From Burkholderiales bacterium (GTDB lineage Bacteria; Pseudomonadota; Gammaproteobacteria; Burkholderiales; Casimicrobiaceae): a stretch of DNA of 64,000 nucleotides. Positions 55,379 to 64,000 of the stretch are shown piece after piece. Within the stretch, counting starts at the first letter, position 1, and every line of letters starts with the position of its first letter. The notes under the pieces were generated by a model. It was given only the letters and a program-made list of their open reading frames with translations. It made no database searches and had not been told where the DNA came from. The stretch spans positions 70,843 through 134,842 of the forward strand of contig JAXMFJ010000011.1 of NCBI GenBank assembly GCA_046347855.1, written 5' to 3'. Position numbers and translations under genes: made by a program.

Positions 55379-56095
55379 CTAGATTCCCCGCTCCTTCCGC
55401 CACTGCGCAAACGCCGCCTTCGTCTCCTCGTTCGGCGGATACGTCCCCGCGAGCTTCGCGCCTTTCTGCACGCGCTCGAGGATGAACGCCTCCATCTTCT
55501 CCTGCTCGAACGCCTGCTCCGCGACCTCGTCCGCGAGGTAAGCGGGAATCACCACCACGCCTTCCGCGTCACCCACGATCACGTCGTCCGGATATACCGC
55601 CACACCGCCGCAGCCGATCGGGATGTTCTGCTCGAGCGCGTGATGCATGAGGAGGTTGAGCGGTGCCGCGCCGCCGGCGCAGTACACGGGAAAATCCATC
55701 TCGGCAATCGCCCCGCTGTCGCGGATCGCGCCGTCCGACACGAGCCCCGCGGCGCCACGGACCTTCAACCGCGTCGTCAGGATCTGCCCGCCCGACGCGA
55801 CGCGCTTCTCGCCCCGGCAATCGAGCACCAGCACGTGCCCGGGCGGCACGCTCTCGATGGCCTTGCGCTGCGGGTGGTCGGGATTGTCGAACGCGCTGAG
55901 CTGGTCGATGTCCTCCCGCGCCGGGATGCTGCGCATCGTGAACGCGGGGCCGACGAGGTTGCCGCCCGAGGGCTGCGTCAGCCGCGCGATGCCCTGCAGG
56001 AACACGTTGCGGAAGCCGCGCTTGAAGAGCTGCGTGCACAGCGTCGCGGTGCTGACGTGGCGCAGCCGTTCGCGGGTGAGATCGTTCAATGGCAT
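55379..56095 (-). CDS. RraA-like / HMG-aldolase family protein
   Basis: STATL.TQLFKRG.RN.F, VGPAFT.R.IPARED, ASGG.IL..RL..RG.AGLVSDG..RD, V.P.DVIVGD.EGVVVIP. Confidence 0.88.
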   Translation of the reverse strand: MPLNDLTRERLRHVSTATLCTQLFKRGFRNVFLQGIARLTQPSGGNLVGPAFTMRSIPAREDIDQLSAFDNPDHPQRKAIESVPPGHVLVLDCRGEKRVASGGQILTTRLKVRGAAGLVSDGAIRDSGAIAEMDFPVYCAGGAAPLNLLMHHALEQNIPIGCGGVAVYPDDVIVGDAEGVVVIPAYLADEVAEQAFEQEKMEAFILERVQKGAKLAGTYPPNEETKAAFAQWRKERGI

Positions 56096-56137
56096 GGCGA
56101 TTCCGTCGACAAAATGGAGAGCGTACGCCGGCGCGAA

Positions 56138-57109
56138 TCAGTTCGCCTTCGCGCCCGACTTCTTCACGAGCGCGCCCCAGCGCGGGATCTCCTTCTGCAT
56201 CAGCGCCGTGAGCTCCTCCGGCGTGGACGCGGCGATCTCGATGCCCATCGTGTCGGTCATCTTCTTCGCGACCTCGGGCTCCCTCAGGATCTTCACGATG
56301 TCGGCGTTGAGCGTCTTCACGATGTCCTTCGGCGTGCCCTTCGGCGCGTAGACCGCCTGCCACGACATCATCTCGAAGTTCGCAACACCGGCCTCGGCCA
56401 TCGTCGGCGTGTCGGGTGCGAGCGGCGTGCGCTTGGGCGTGGTCACCGCGAGGAGCTTCAGCTTGCCGGCCTTCACCAGCGGCGCGCCCGCCGTGAGCTG
56501 GTCGAACATGAAAGCGACGTTGCCCGCCACGACGTCCTGGAACGCCTGCGGCGTGCCCTTGTACGGCACGTGCGTGAGCTTGACGCCGATGAGGTCGCCG
56601 AAGAGCTCGCCCGCGAGGTGCGTCGACGTGCCCGCGCCCGACGACGCGAACGTGCGCGCGTTCGGATCCTTCCTGATCAGCGCGATCAGCTCCTGCACGT
56701 TGTTCACGCCGAGCGACGGGTTCACGTACAGCGCGTTCGGGATGAAGCCCACGAGCGTGATCGGCTCGAAGTCCTTGATCGGGTCGTACGGCAGGTCGGA
56801 ATAGAGGCTCGCGTTGATCGCGTGCGTGCTGATGGTGCCGCCGAAGAGCGTGTAGCCGTCGGGCTTCGCGTTCTTCGCGGCTGCCGCGCCAACCGCACCT
56901 GCGGCGCCCGGCTTGTTGTCGATCACGATCGGCTGCCCGAGCATCGGCGCCAGGTACTGCGCGATCGTGCGCCCGATGACGTCGGTAGTGCCGCCCGGCG
57001 TGAACGGCACGATGTACGTGATCGGGCGGTTCGGCCACGCGTCGGCGGCGTGGGCGAGCGGGGCGCACGCGGCGAGCGCGGCGGCGAGGATGAACGTGCG
57101 GCGTTGCAT
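56138..57109 (-). CDS. Bug/TctC family periplasmic solute receptor
   Basis: WPNRPI..IVPF.PGGTTD..GR, DNKPGAAG.VG, DGYTL, S.G.GTS.HL.GE, VPYKG; signal peptide. Confidence 0.93.
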   Translation of the reverse strand: MQRRTFILAAALAACAPLAHAADAWPNRPITYIVPFTPGGTTDVIGRTIAQYLAPMLGQPIVIDNKPGAAGAVGAAAAKNAKPDGYTLFGGTISTHAINASLYSDLPYDPIKDFEPITLVGFIPNALYVNPSLGVNNVQELIALIRKDPNARTFASSGAGTSTHLAGELFGDLIGVKLTHVPYKGTPQAFQDVVAGNVAFMFDQLTAGAPLVKAGKLKLLAVTTPKRTPLAPDTPTMAEAGVANFEMMSWQAVYAPKGTPKDIVKTLNADIVKILREPEVAKKMTDTMGIEIAASTPEELTALMQKEIPRWGALVKKSGAKAN

Positions 57110-57129
57110 GCGGGGCTCCTCCGTGCGGA

Positions 57130-58860
57130 TCAGTGGATCTCCGGGTCGGACGTCGGCGCGCCCTCGCCCAGGAAGTCGAAATCGCAGCCTTCGTTGGCCT
57201 GCGTGACGTGCTGCAGGTACAGCACGCCGAAGCCGCGTGAGTAGTGCGCCTTCGGCGGCACCCACGCGGCGCGCCGGCGCGCGAGCTCGGCGTCGTCGAC
57301 GAGCAGCGTAAGCGCACGGCCGGGCACGTCGAGCGTGACGAGGTCGCCGTCGCGCACCAGCGCCAGCGGGCCGCCGACGTGCGATTCGGGCGCGACGTGC
57401 AGCACGCACGCGCCGTAGCTCGTGCCGCTCATGCGGGCGTCGGAGATGCGCACCATGTCGCGCACGCCGGCCTGCAGGAGCTTCTTCGGGATCGGCAGCT
57501 GGCCCCATTCGGGCAGGCCGGGCGCGCCCTGCGGCCCCGCGCTCTGCAGCACGAGCACGCTGTCCTTGGTCACCGGCAGCGCCGGGTCGTCGATGCGCGC
57601 GGCCATGTCTTTGTAGTCGCGGAACACGACCGCGGGCCCGGTGTGCTGCAGCAGGTGCGGCTCCATCGCGGCGGGCTTGATCACCGCGCCGTCCGGGGCG
57701 AGGTTGCCGCGCAGCACCGCGAGGCCGTCGTGCGCGACCAGCGGCTTGCTGCGCGGGCGGATGACGTCGTCGTTGAAGACCTGCGCGCCCTCGACGTTCG
57801 CGCCGAGCGTGCGGCCGTTCACCGTCGGCGCGTCGAGGTGCAGCAGGTCGGTGACCTGCGCGAGCAGCGCGCGCAGGCCGCCGGCGTAGAAGAAGTCCTC
57901 CATCAGGTACGCGCCGGAGGGCCGGATATTCGCGAGCACCGGCGTGCGGCGCGCGAGCGCGTCGAAGCGGTCGAGGTCGAGCGCCACGCCCGCGCGGCGC
58001 GCGGTGGCGATGAGGTGGACGATCGCGTTGGTGGAGCCGCCGAGCGCCAGCACCGTGGTCACCGCGTTGTCGATCGCGCGCGCGTCGACGATGTCGCGGA
58101 TGCAGAGGTCCTCCCACACCATCTCGACGATGCGCTTGCCCGAGAGCGTGGCCATCTGCGCGTGCCGCGAGTCGGACGCGGGAATCGACGCGGCGCCCGG
58201 CAGCGTGAGGCCCATCGCCTCCGTCGCGCTGGTCATCGTGGACGCGGTGCCCATCGTCATGCAGTGGCCGGGCGAGCGCGCGATGCCGTCCTCCACGCCC
58301 TGCCACTCGGCTTGCGTGATGTTGCCGGCGCGCAGCTCCGCCCAGTACTTCCACGTGTCGCTGCCGGAGCCCAAGAACTTTCCCTGGAAATCGCCGCGCA
58401 GCATGGGACCCGCCGGCACGAAGATCGTCGGCAGGTTCATCGACAGCGCGCCCATCACGAGTCCGGGCGTGGTCTTGTCGCAGCCGCCCATCAGCACCGC
58501 GCCGTCGGCAGGGTACGAGCGCAGGAGCTCCTCCGTCTCCATCGCGAGCAGGTTGCGATAGAGCATCGTGGTCGGCTTCTGGAACGGCTCGGACAGCGAG
58601 ATCGCCGGCATCTCGACGGGGAAGCCGCCGGCCTGCCAGATGCCGCGCTTCACCTCTTCCGCGCGCTGGCGGAAGTGCGTGTGGCACGGGTTGATCTCGC
58701 TCCACGTGTTGATGATCGCGATCACCGGCTTGCCCTGGTAATCGGAGCGGTGATAGCCCATCTGCGCGGTGCGCGAGCGATGGCCGAACGAGCGCAGGTC
58801 GTTCACGCCGTACCAGCGGTGGCTGCGCAGCGTCTCGGGCGTCTTGCGGGGTTTGCTCAT
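57130..58860 (-). CDS. IlvD/Edd family sugar-acid dehydratase (L-arabinonate dehydratase-like)
   Basis: [76 protein letters not shown]. Confidence 0.9.
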   Translation of the reverse strand: MSKPRKTPETLRSHRWYGVNDLRSFGHRSRTAQMGYHRSDYQGKPVIAIINTWSEINPCHTHFRQRAEEVKRGIWQAGGFPVEMPAISLSEPFQKPTTMLYRNLLAMETEELLRSYPADGAVLMGGCDKTTPGLVMGALSMNLPTIFVPAGPMLRGDFQGKFLGSGSDTWKYWAELRAGNITQAEWQGVEDGIARSPGHCMTMGTASTMTSATEAMGLTLPGAASIPASDSRHAQMATLSGKRIVEMVWEDLCIRDIVDARAIDNAVTTVLALGGSTNAIVHLIATARRAGVALDLDRFDALARRTPVLANIRPSGAYLMEDFFYAGGLRALLAQVTDLLHLDAPTVNGRTLGANVEGAQVFNDDVIRPRSKPLVAHDGLAVLRGNLAPDGAVIKPAAMEPHLLQHTGPAVVFRDYKDMAARIDDPALPVTKDSVLVLQSAGPQGAPGLPEWGQLPIPKKLLQAGVRDMVRISDARMSGTSYGACVLHVAPESHVGGPLALVRDGDLVTLDVPGRALTLLVDDAELARRRAAWVPPKAHYSRGFGVLYLQHVTQANEGCDFDFLGEGAPTSDPEIH

Positions 58861-58887
58861 GGCGGAAAACGTGAGGGTAGCGGTTGG

Positions 58888-58903
58888 ATGGTAGCGCAAT
58901 CAT
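58888..58903. promoter_or_regulatory. Putative LacI/GntR-type operator upstream of the dehydratase operon
   Basis: ATGGTAGCGCAATCAT, an imperfect palindrome with central GCGC; matches 60031-60046. Confidence 0.7.
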
Positions 58904-58945
58904 TCCGGCGCGTCAAAAGCGCGCGGGACGGGCAGCAGGCAGCGT

Positions 58946-60004
58946 TCACGTCGTCGCGCGGTCGACGATCGCGAAGCCGACGTCGACGACGGTGGACGCC
59001 GGCGCCTCGTGCGCGATGCGCGCGAGGACGAGCTCCGCCGCGCGGCGCCCGATCGCGGCGCGATCGATGCGCACGGTCGAGAGCGCGGGACTCGTGTGCT
59101 GCGCGAAGTCGAGGTCGCCGAACCCCATGAGGGCCAGGTCCTGCGGCATCCGCAGGTCGCGCGAGCGCGCTTCCTCCAGCGCGCCGTGGGCGAGAAGGTC
59201 GGAGCTGCAGAACACCGCCGTCGGCGGCTTGCCGCGCGCGAGCAGGCGGGCGAGGCTCTGCCGGCCGAGGCCCAGCGTCGACGGTGCGGCGACGGTCTCG
59301 ATGCGCGGCGCCACGACGCCGCGGGCGGCAAGCTCGGACAGGAACCCGCGCCGCCGCGCTAGCGCGCGCTCGTCGTCGGCGAAGATCATCCCGAACCGGC
59401 GATGCCCCTTCGCGACGAGATGGCGCGCGACCGCCGCCCCCACGTCCTCGTGCGAGAAGCCGACCAGCATGTCGAGCGGCGTGGGCGTCATGTCCCACGA
59501 TTCGACGATCGGGATGCGCGTGGCGAGGAGCCGCTGGCGCGTCGACGGCGAATGGTTGATGCCGGTGAGGAAGATCGCGTCCGGGCGGCGCGACAGCACC
59601 GCTGCGAGCAGCGCCTCCTCGCGCGCCGGCGGATAGCCCGAGAGCCCGAGCAGCACCTGGTAGCCCGCCTCCCACAGGCGATCGGTGAGCGCCTGGATCG
59701 TCTCCACGAAGATGCCGTTGGTGATCGACGGCACGATCGCCGCGACGAGGCGGCTGCGCTTGGAGGCGAGGCCGCCGGCGAGGAGGTTCGGCACGTAGCC
59801 GGTGCGCGCGATCACCTGCTGCACGCGGGCGAGCGTGGACGGCGTCACGAGCTCGGGATGGTTGAGCACGCGCGACACGGTGATGGGCGACACGCCCGCG
59901 AGCTGCGCGACGTCGGCGAGCGTGACGCTGCCGGTCGCGCGCGGCGACGACGAGCGGGGGCGGGCGGCTTGGGCGGCGCGGGGCTTCATGCGGGGACGGC
60001 GCAT
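58946..60004 (-). CDS. LacI family regulator (gluconate GntR-like)
   Basis: VTLADVA.LAGVSPITVSR.LN.P, GYVPNLLAGGLAS, IVPSI.N..F, VGFSH..VG, D.A..GFGD, PAL.TV. Alternative start 59989. Confidence 0.92.
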   Translation of the reverse strand: MRRPRMKPRAAQAARPRSSSPRATGSVTLADVAQLAGVSPITVSRVLNHPELVTPSTLARVQQVIARTGYVPNLLAGGLASKRSRLVAAIVPSITNGIFVETIQALTDRLWEAGYQVLLGLSGYPPAREEALLAAVLSRRPDAIFLTGINHSPSTRQRLLATRIPIVESWDMTPTPLDMLVGFSHEDVGAAVARHLVAKGHRRFGMIFADDERALARRRGFLSELAARGVVAPRIETVAAPSTLGLGRQSLARLLARGKPPTAVFCSSDLLAHGALEEARSRDLRMPQDLALMGFGDLDFAQHTSPALSTVRIDRAAIGRRAAELVLARIAHEAPASTVVDVGFAIVDRATT

Positions 60005-60030
60005 GCGACGGCCGCCATTCTAGCGCAACG

Positions 60031-60046
60031 ATGACAGCGTTACCAT
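60031..60046. promoter_or_regulatory. Second LacI/GntR-type operator (autoregulatory)
   Basis: ATGACAGCGTTACCAT, just upstream of the regulator's TAGAAT box (60022-60017, minus strand). Confidence 0.7.
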
Positions 60047-60083
60047 TGAATCGCCGCACCGCGGACTTTGTCACAATCGCGGC

Positions 60084-60779
60084 ATGTCGCGCGCCGGACG
60101 CCTCCTCGCCCTCGTCGAGACGCTGCGCCGCCACCGGCGGCCGGTGAGCGGCGCGCGCCTCGCGTCCGACCTCGCGATCAGCCTGCGCACGCTCTACCGC
60201 GACATCGCCTCGCTGCAGGCGCAGGGCGCGCACATCGACGGCGCGCCCGGACTCGGCTACGTGCTGCGGCCCGGCTTCACGCTGCCGCCGCTGATGTTCG
60301 GCGAGGACGAGGTCGAGGCGCTGGTGCTGGGCTCGCGCTGGGTGGTCGACCGCGGCGACGCGCGGCTCGGCGCGGCCGCCGCGAGCGCGCTCGCGAAGAT
60401 CGCCGCCGTGCTCCCGGCGGAGCTGCGGCACGAGCTCGAGACGTCGGCGCTGCTGGTGGGGCCGGGCGATCCGATCGCGAGCGGGGATCTCGACGTGGCC
60501 GCCATCCGCGAGGCCATCCGCCGCGAGCGCAAGGTCGCGCTCACCTATCGCGACGCGACGGGCGCGACGTCCGAGCGCACCGTGTGGCCGTTCGCGCTCG
60601 GCTTCTTCGACCGGGCGCGCGTCGTGGTCGCCTATTGCGAGCTGCGCACGGCGATCCGCCACTTCCGCACCGACCGCATCGTCGCGCTGGCGCCGCGCGC
60701 CGAGCGCTATCCCGCGCGGCGGCAGGCGCTGCTCGCCCAGTGGCGGCGCACGCAGGGCGTCGCTGCTGACGGAATCTGA
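60084..60779 (+). CDS. YafY-like HTH-WYL transcriptional regulator
   Basis: MSRA.RLL.L...LRR.RRPVSG..LA..L.IS.RTLYRDIA.L, G.GY.L.PGF.LPPLMF..DE.EAL.LG, R.VWPF.LG.F, CELR...R.FR.DRI. Confidence 0.93.
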   Translation: MSRAGRLLALVETLRRHRRPVSGARLASDLAISLRTLYRDIASLQAQGAHIDGAPGLGYVLRPGFTLPPLMFGEDEVEALVLGSRWVVDRGDARLGAAAASALAKIAAVLPAELRHELETSALLVGPGDPIASGDLDVAAIREAIRRERKVALTYRDATGATSERTVWPFALGFFDRARVVVAYCELRTAIRHFRTDRIVALAPRAERYPARRQALLAQWRRTQGVAADGI

Positions 60780-60842
60780 CACGGTCCCCCGGCACGATGA
60801 CGGCATGGATCGGCGCCGCCGGTCCCCCACCCAGGAGCCGTC

Positions 60843-61211
60843 ATGCCCGACCCCAATTTCGTGATCCTGTACGTCGATGCGCCGCCGGCCAGCGCCGCGT
60901 TCTATGCGCGGCTGCTCGGGACACCCGTGATCGAATCGTCGCCGACCTTCGCGCTGCTGCCGCTGCGCGAGGGAACGATGCTCGGGCTGTGGTCGCGCCA
61001 CACCGTCGCGCCGGCGGCGGCCGCGGGCGGCGGCGGCATGGAGATCGCGTTCACCGTCGCCGCGCCCTCGGAGGTCGACGCCACGCACGCGCGCTGGAGC
61101 GCCGACGGGTTGCCGATCCTGCAGCCGCCCACCGACATGGACTTCGGCCGCACCTTCGTGGCGCACGATCCCGACGGCCACCGGCTGCGCGTGTTCGCGC
61201 CGAACGGCTGA
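60843..61211 (+). CDS. VOC/glyoxalase-bleomycin-resistance family protein
   Basis: ILYV.....SA.FY..LLG...E.SP.FA, LGLW, EIAF.V, I.Q.P..MDFG.TF.A.DPDGHRLRV. Confidence 0.9.
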   Translation: MPDPNFVILYVDAPPASAAFYARLLGTPVIESSPTFALLPLREGTMLGLWSRHTVAPAAAAGGGGMEIAFTVAAPSEVDATHARWSADGLPILQPPTDMDFGRTFVAHDPDGHRLRVFAPNG

Positions 61212-61260
61212 ACGAAGCGGCGCGCGGCGCAGGTGGGGCCGCGCCCGTTTAGAATGCGGC

Positions 61261-62469
61261 GTGCAGCACGCCGCATTCTCCCCGAGCTTCTACCGCTACC
61301 TCGCCACGCGACTCCTCGGCACCACCGGCAACCAGATGCTGATGGTGGCGCTGGCGTGGCAGATGTACGACATCACCGGCCGCGCGTGGGACCTCGGCAT
61401 GGTGGGTCTCCTGCAGTTCATCCCCGCGCTGCTGTTCACGCTGCCGGCCGGGCAGTGGGTCGATCGCGTCGACCGCCGCGGCGTGCTCGCCACCGCGCTG
61501 CTGCTGCAGGCCGTCGCCGCGGCGCTGCTCGCGATCGGCAGCCCGCTCGGGATCGTCACGCGCGAGCTCATCTTCGCGATGTGCGTGCTGCTCGGCATGG
61601 CGCGCGCGCTGCAGATGCCCGCGCAGCAGGCGATCGTGCCGGCGCTCGTCACGTCCGCGCAATTGCCGCGCGCGTTCGCGCTGGCGTCGACGCTGCTCAA
61701 GTTCGCGGTCGTCGGCGGGCCCGTGCTCGGCGGCTTCGTCTACGCGGTCGGCGCCGCGGCGACGTACTGGCTGTGCCTCGTGCTGCTCGTGACGGCGACG
61801 CTCTTCATCGCGGCGATCCAGCGCCTGCCGCGGCCGGCGGCCGCCGAGCCGGTGTCGCTCGCGACGCTGTTCGCCGGCGTCTCGTTCATCTGGCACAAGA
61901 AGCAGGTGCTGGGCGCGATCTCGCTCGACCTCTTCGCGGTGCTGCTGGGCGGCGCGACCGCACTGTTGCCGATCTACGCGCGCGACGTGCTCGGCACCGG
62001 CGCGTGGGGCTTAGGCTTCCTGCGCGCCGCGCCCGCGGTGGGCGCGCTGGTCGTCGGCCTCGTGCTCGCGCGCTGGCCGCTCGCGCGCCACGTCGGGCGC
62101 CGCATGTTCGCGAGCGTCGCGATCTACGGCGTCGCGATCGTGGTGTTCGGCCTCTCGCACGACTTCGTGCTGTCGATGGTGGCGCTCGCGGTGAGCGGCG
62201 GCGCCGACATGGTGAGCGTCGTGATCCGGCAGACGCTGGTGCAGCTCGACACGCCGGACGCGATGCGCGGCCGGGTCAGTGCGGTCAACAGCATCTTCAT
62301 CGGCGCGTCCAACGAGCTCGGCGAGTTTCGCGCGGGCACCGTCGCCGAGTGGCTGGGGCCGGTCGGGGCGGTCGTCGTCGGCGGCGCCGGCACGCTGGTC
62401 GTCGCGGGCCTGTGGATGCGCGGCTTTCCCGCGCTCGCGCGGCGCGACCGATTGCTTACGCCATCATGA
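61261..62469 (+). CDS. MFS transporter (EntS/DHA3-like)
   Basis: QML.VAL.WQMYD.TG.AWDLG.VGL.QF.P, G..VDR.DRR, GAISLDLFAVLLGGATALLP, GRVSAVN..FIG.SNELG.F..G. Confidence 0.9.
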   Translation: MQHAAFSPSFYRYLATRLLGTTGNQMLMVALAWQMYDITGRAWDLGMVGLLQFIPALLFTLPAGQWVDRVDRRGVLATALLLQAVAAALLAIGSPLGIVTRELIFAMCVLLGMARALQMPAQQAIVPALVTSAQLPRAFALASTLLKFAVVGGPVLGGFVYAVGAAATYWLCLVLLVTATLFIAAIQRLPRPAAAEPVSLATLFAGVSFIWHKKQVLGAISLDLFAVLLGGATALLPIYARDVLGTGAWGLGFLRAAPAVGALVVGLVLARWPLARHVGRRMFASVAIYGVAIVVFGLSHDFVLSMVALAVSGGADMVSVVIRQTLVQLDTPDAMRGRVSAVNSIFIGASNELGEFRAGTVAEWLGPVGAVVVGGAGTLVVAGLWMRGFPALARRDRLLTPS

Positions 62470-64000
62470 CGCGCGCCACGACACGAGTCCCGCCACCGCC
62501 GCGAGCGTGAGCGCGCCCCACGCGGCGGCCGCGACATCGGAAGGATGGCGCGGCGGCGGCCGCAGGTCGTCGTCGCGCAGCGCGTCCGGGAATGCGCGCG
62601 GCGGCAGCGGGATGACCTGCGCCTGCGCGGGATCGCGTGGCGCGCGCGAGCGGTACTCGGCGATCGAGACCGCGGGCGCGTCGCCCCACGCGCGGCTCGA
62701 CGGGAACTGCGGCAGCCGCAGCCACGCGAGCCCGACGATGTCCTGCGCGAGCGAGCGGCCGAGGTCGCCCTCGCCGCGCAGATCGCCGTGCGCCAGCGCC
62801 CACAGGCTCGCGAGCGCCGCTTCGGCCGCGAGTGCCGGCAGGAGCCGCGTGCGCTCGACCGTGAGGTAGTCGAACGCGAGCTTCGCCTTCGCGAGCGAGC
62901 GCGCGTGCGCGACGAGCGCCGGAAAGCCGAGCCACGGCAGCACGCCGTGCGTCGGCCCGCACGGTGCGATGCGCAGCCCGAGCGCGCGCAGCGTGTCGAC
63001 GGAGATGCTCGTGCAGTTCGTCGTCGGGTGGTAGTAGGCGAGTTGGTGGCGCCAGAACTGCAGGTACACGCGATGCAGCGCGTCCTGCACGCGCAACGGG
63101 ACGCGCTCGTCGGTGAGCACCGCGACAATCGCGTACGACGGCCGGTACCACGACTGTCCCGCGTTGAGGTCGCCCTGGTAATCCGCGAGGCGCACCGGCG
63201 CGGGCAGGATGCCTTTCTCGCTCTCGACGTCGAGGGAGTAGAAGTTGTTCACCAGCCAGTCGCCGATGCCGCCGTCGGCGGCGATCCGGCCGGTGGCGAT
63301 CGCGAAGTGGCCGCCGTGCGCCTCGTCGTCGTCGCCCTGCGCGCCGTTGATCACCAGTGCCAGCACCGGAAGGCCGCGCCAGTCGCGAACGTCGTCGCGG
63401 CGCCACAGCGTTTCCGCCGCATAGGGCGCCTGCGCGCCGCCGTGGGGCAGCGCGCGCATCCAGTGGCGCAGCGATGCCCCGGGATCGCCGGGAAAGGCAA
63501 GCGTGGCTGCAGGCGGCGGCGTAGGACCGAGCCGGAACTCCTCCCGCCAGAACGTGCGCGCGACGAACGCGTCGCGCTCGCGCGTACCGTGCAGCCGGCA
63601 CGCGCGCGCCGCGAAGAACGCGGCGGACGTCGCATCGAACCACGCGCGGTTCATCGCGATCTTCGGCGCGAGGCGCAGCGGTGTCGCGGCCGCGTCCGCG
63701 GTGACGGAAGAGGCATCGGCGCTGCACTGGGCATCGCGCAATGTCGCGGGCGACGGCAGCCACACGAGCGGCGGCCAGGTATTGCCCTGCGGCGGTCGCG
63801 CGGCCCAGTCGCGCAGGTCACGGTCGACGCGCACGCCGCGTGTGCAGGTCGCCTGCGGCACGTCGGGCCGCGGCACGGCGATGCGCTCGTCACGGAAATA
63901 CCACGCGGCCTGCCGCTGCAGCGCGGCGCCGGCGTGCGCGCCGGTGGTGACGGCGAAGTCCCGCAGCGGATACAGGCCGAGGATCTCGTCCCCGATCGGG
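62464..64000 (-). CDS. Hypothetical protein with C-terminal membrane anchor and possible His...Cys catalytic pair; runs off the right edge
   Basis: The frame stays open from 64000 to the stop at 62464, upstream of the track's GTG 63876 (PIGDEILGLYPLRDF...). Motifs EAHGGHFAIATG, VNNFYSLD.ESEKGI, HPTTNCTSISVD. Confidence 0.7.
   Translation of the reverse strand, partial: PIGDEILGLYPLRDFAVTTGAHAGAALQRQAAWYFRDERIAVPRPDVPQATCTRGVRVDRDLRDWAARPPQGNTWPPLVWLPSPATLRDAQCSADASSVTADAAATPLRLAPKIAMNRAWFDATSAAFFAARACRLHGTRERDAFVARTFWREEFRLGPTPPPAATLAFPGDPGASLRHWMRALPHGGAQAPYAAETLWRRDDVRDWRGLPVLALVINGAQGDDDEAHGGHFAIATGRIAADGGIGDWLVNNFYSLDVESEKGILPAPVRLADYQGDLNAGQSWYRPSYAIVAVLTDERVPLRVQDALHRVYLQFWRHQLAYYHPTTNCTSISVDTLRALGLRIAPCGPTHGVLPWLGFPALVAHARSLAKAKLAFDYLTVERTRLLPALAAEAALASLWALAHGDLRGEGDLGRSLAQDIVGLAWLRLPQFPSSRAWGDAPAVSIAEYRSRAPRDPAQAQVIPLPPRAFPDALRDDDLRPPPRHPSDVAAAAWGALTLAAVAGLVSWRAS

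Noticed and set aside
1-64000. rRNA, tRNA, transposases, integrases, prophage or defence genes
   Set aside because: Nearly all of the window is covered by recognisable metabolic or regulatory genes; I found no cloverleaf, rRNA signature, DDE/HUH/tyrosine-recombinase motif or low-GC island.

Overview
High-GC (by eye roughly 70%) betaproteobacterial-type chromosomal window devoted mostly to catabolism. It holds a phenylacetate cluster (paaX, paaABCDE, paaN, paaG, paaH, paaI, paaK), an IclR/Ldh-family/thioesterase/TRAP unit, an RNB nuclease, LOG, prpF, ppdK and a stand-alone infA paralog. Further along are a DUF6394 + RCK K+ channel pair, a sulfite-oxidase-like/ferredoxin-reductase pair, a DUF1631-like protein, an MBL-flavin monooxygenase-DUF2783-hmgA operon and an IclR-controlled pair of M20 amidohydrolases. 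The right end carries a ZBD-less ClpX paralog coupled to a ThrE-family gene, a LacI-controlled sugar-acid dehydratase/Bug/RraA operon, a WYL-VOC pair, and several secreted or lipoprotein genes of unknown function. I saw no rRNA, tRNA, CRISPR array, transposase or prophage. The least explained signals are non-coding: (i) a modular REP/BIME-like family whose flanks are G-rich on the left and C-rich on the right regardless of gene orientation, with the bias reaching into coding sequence; (ii) a ~147-bp structured element placed 3 nt after a stop codon in both copies; (iii) a 35-bp tandem array upstream of a MASE1 sensor; (iv) many apparently leaderless genes; (v) several candidate operators (PaaX, LacI/GntR, IclR, FNR-like). 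Family names were assigned from remembered motifs, with no database search. Where the supplied ORF ran upstream in-frame, I reassigned the start by eye.
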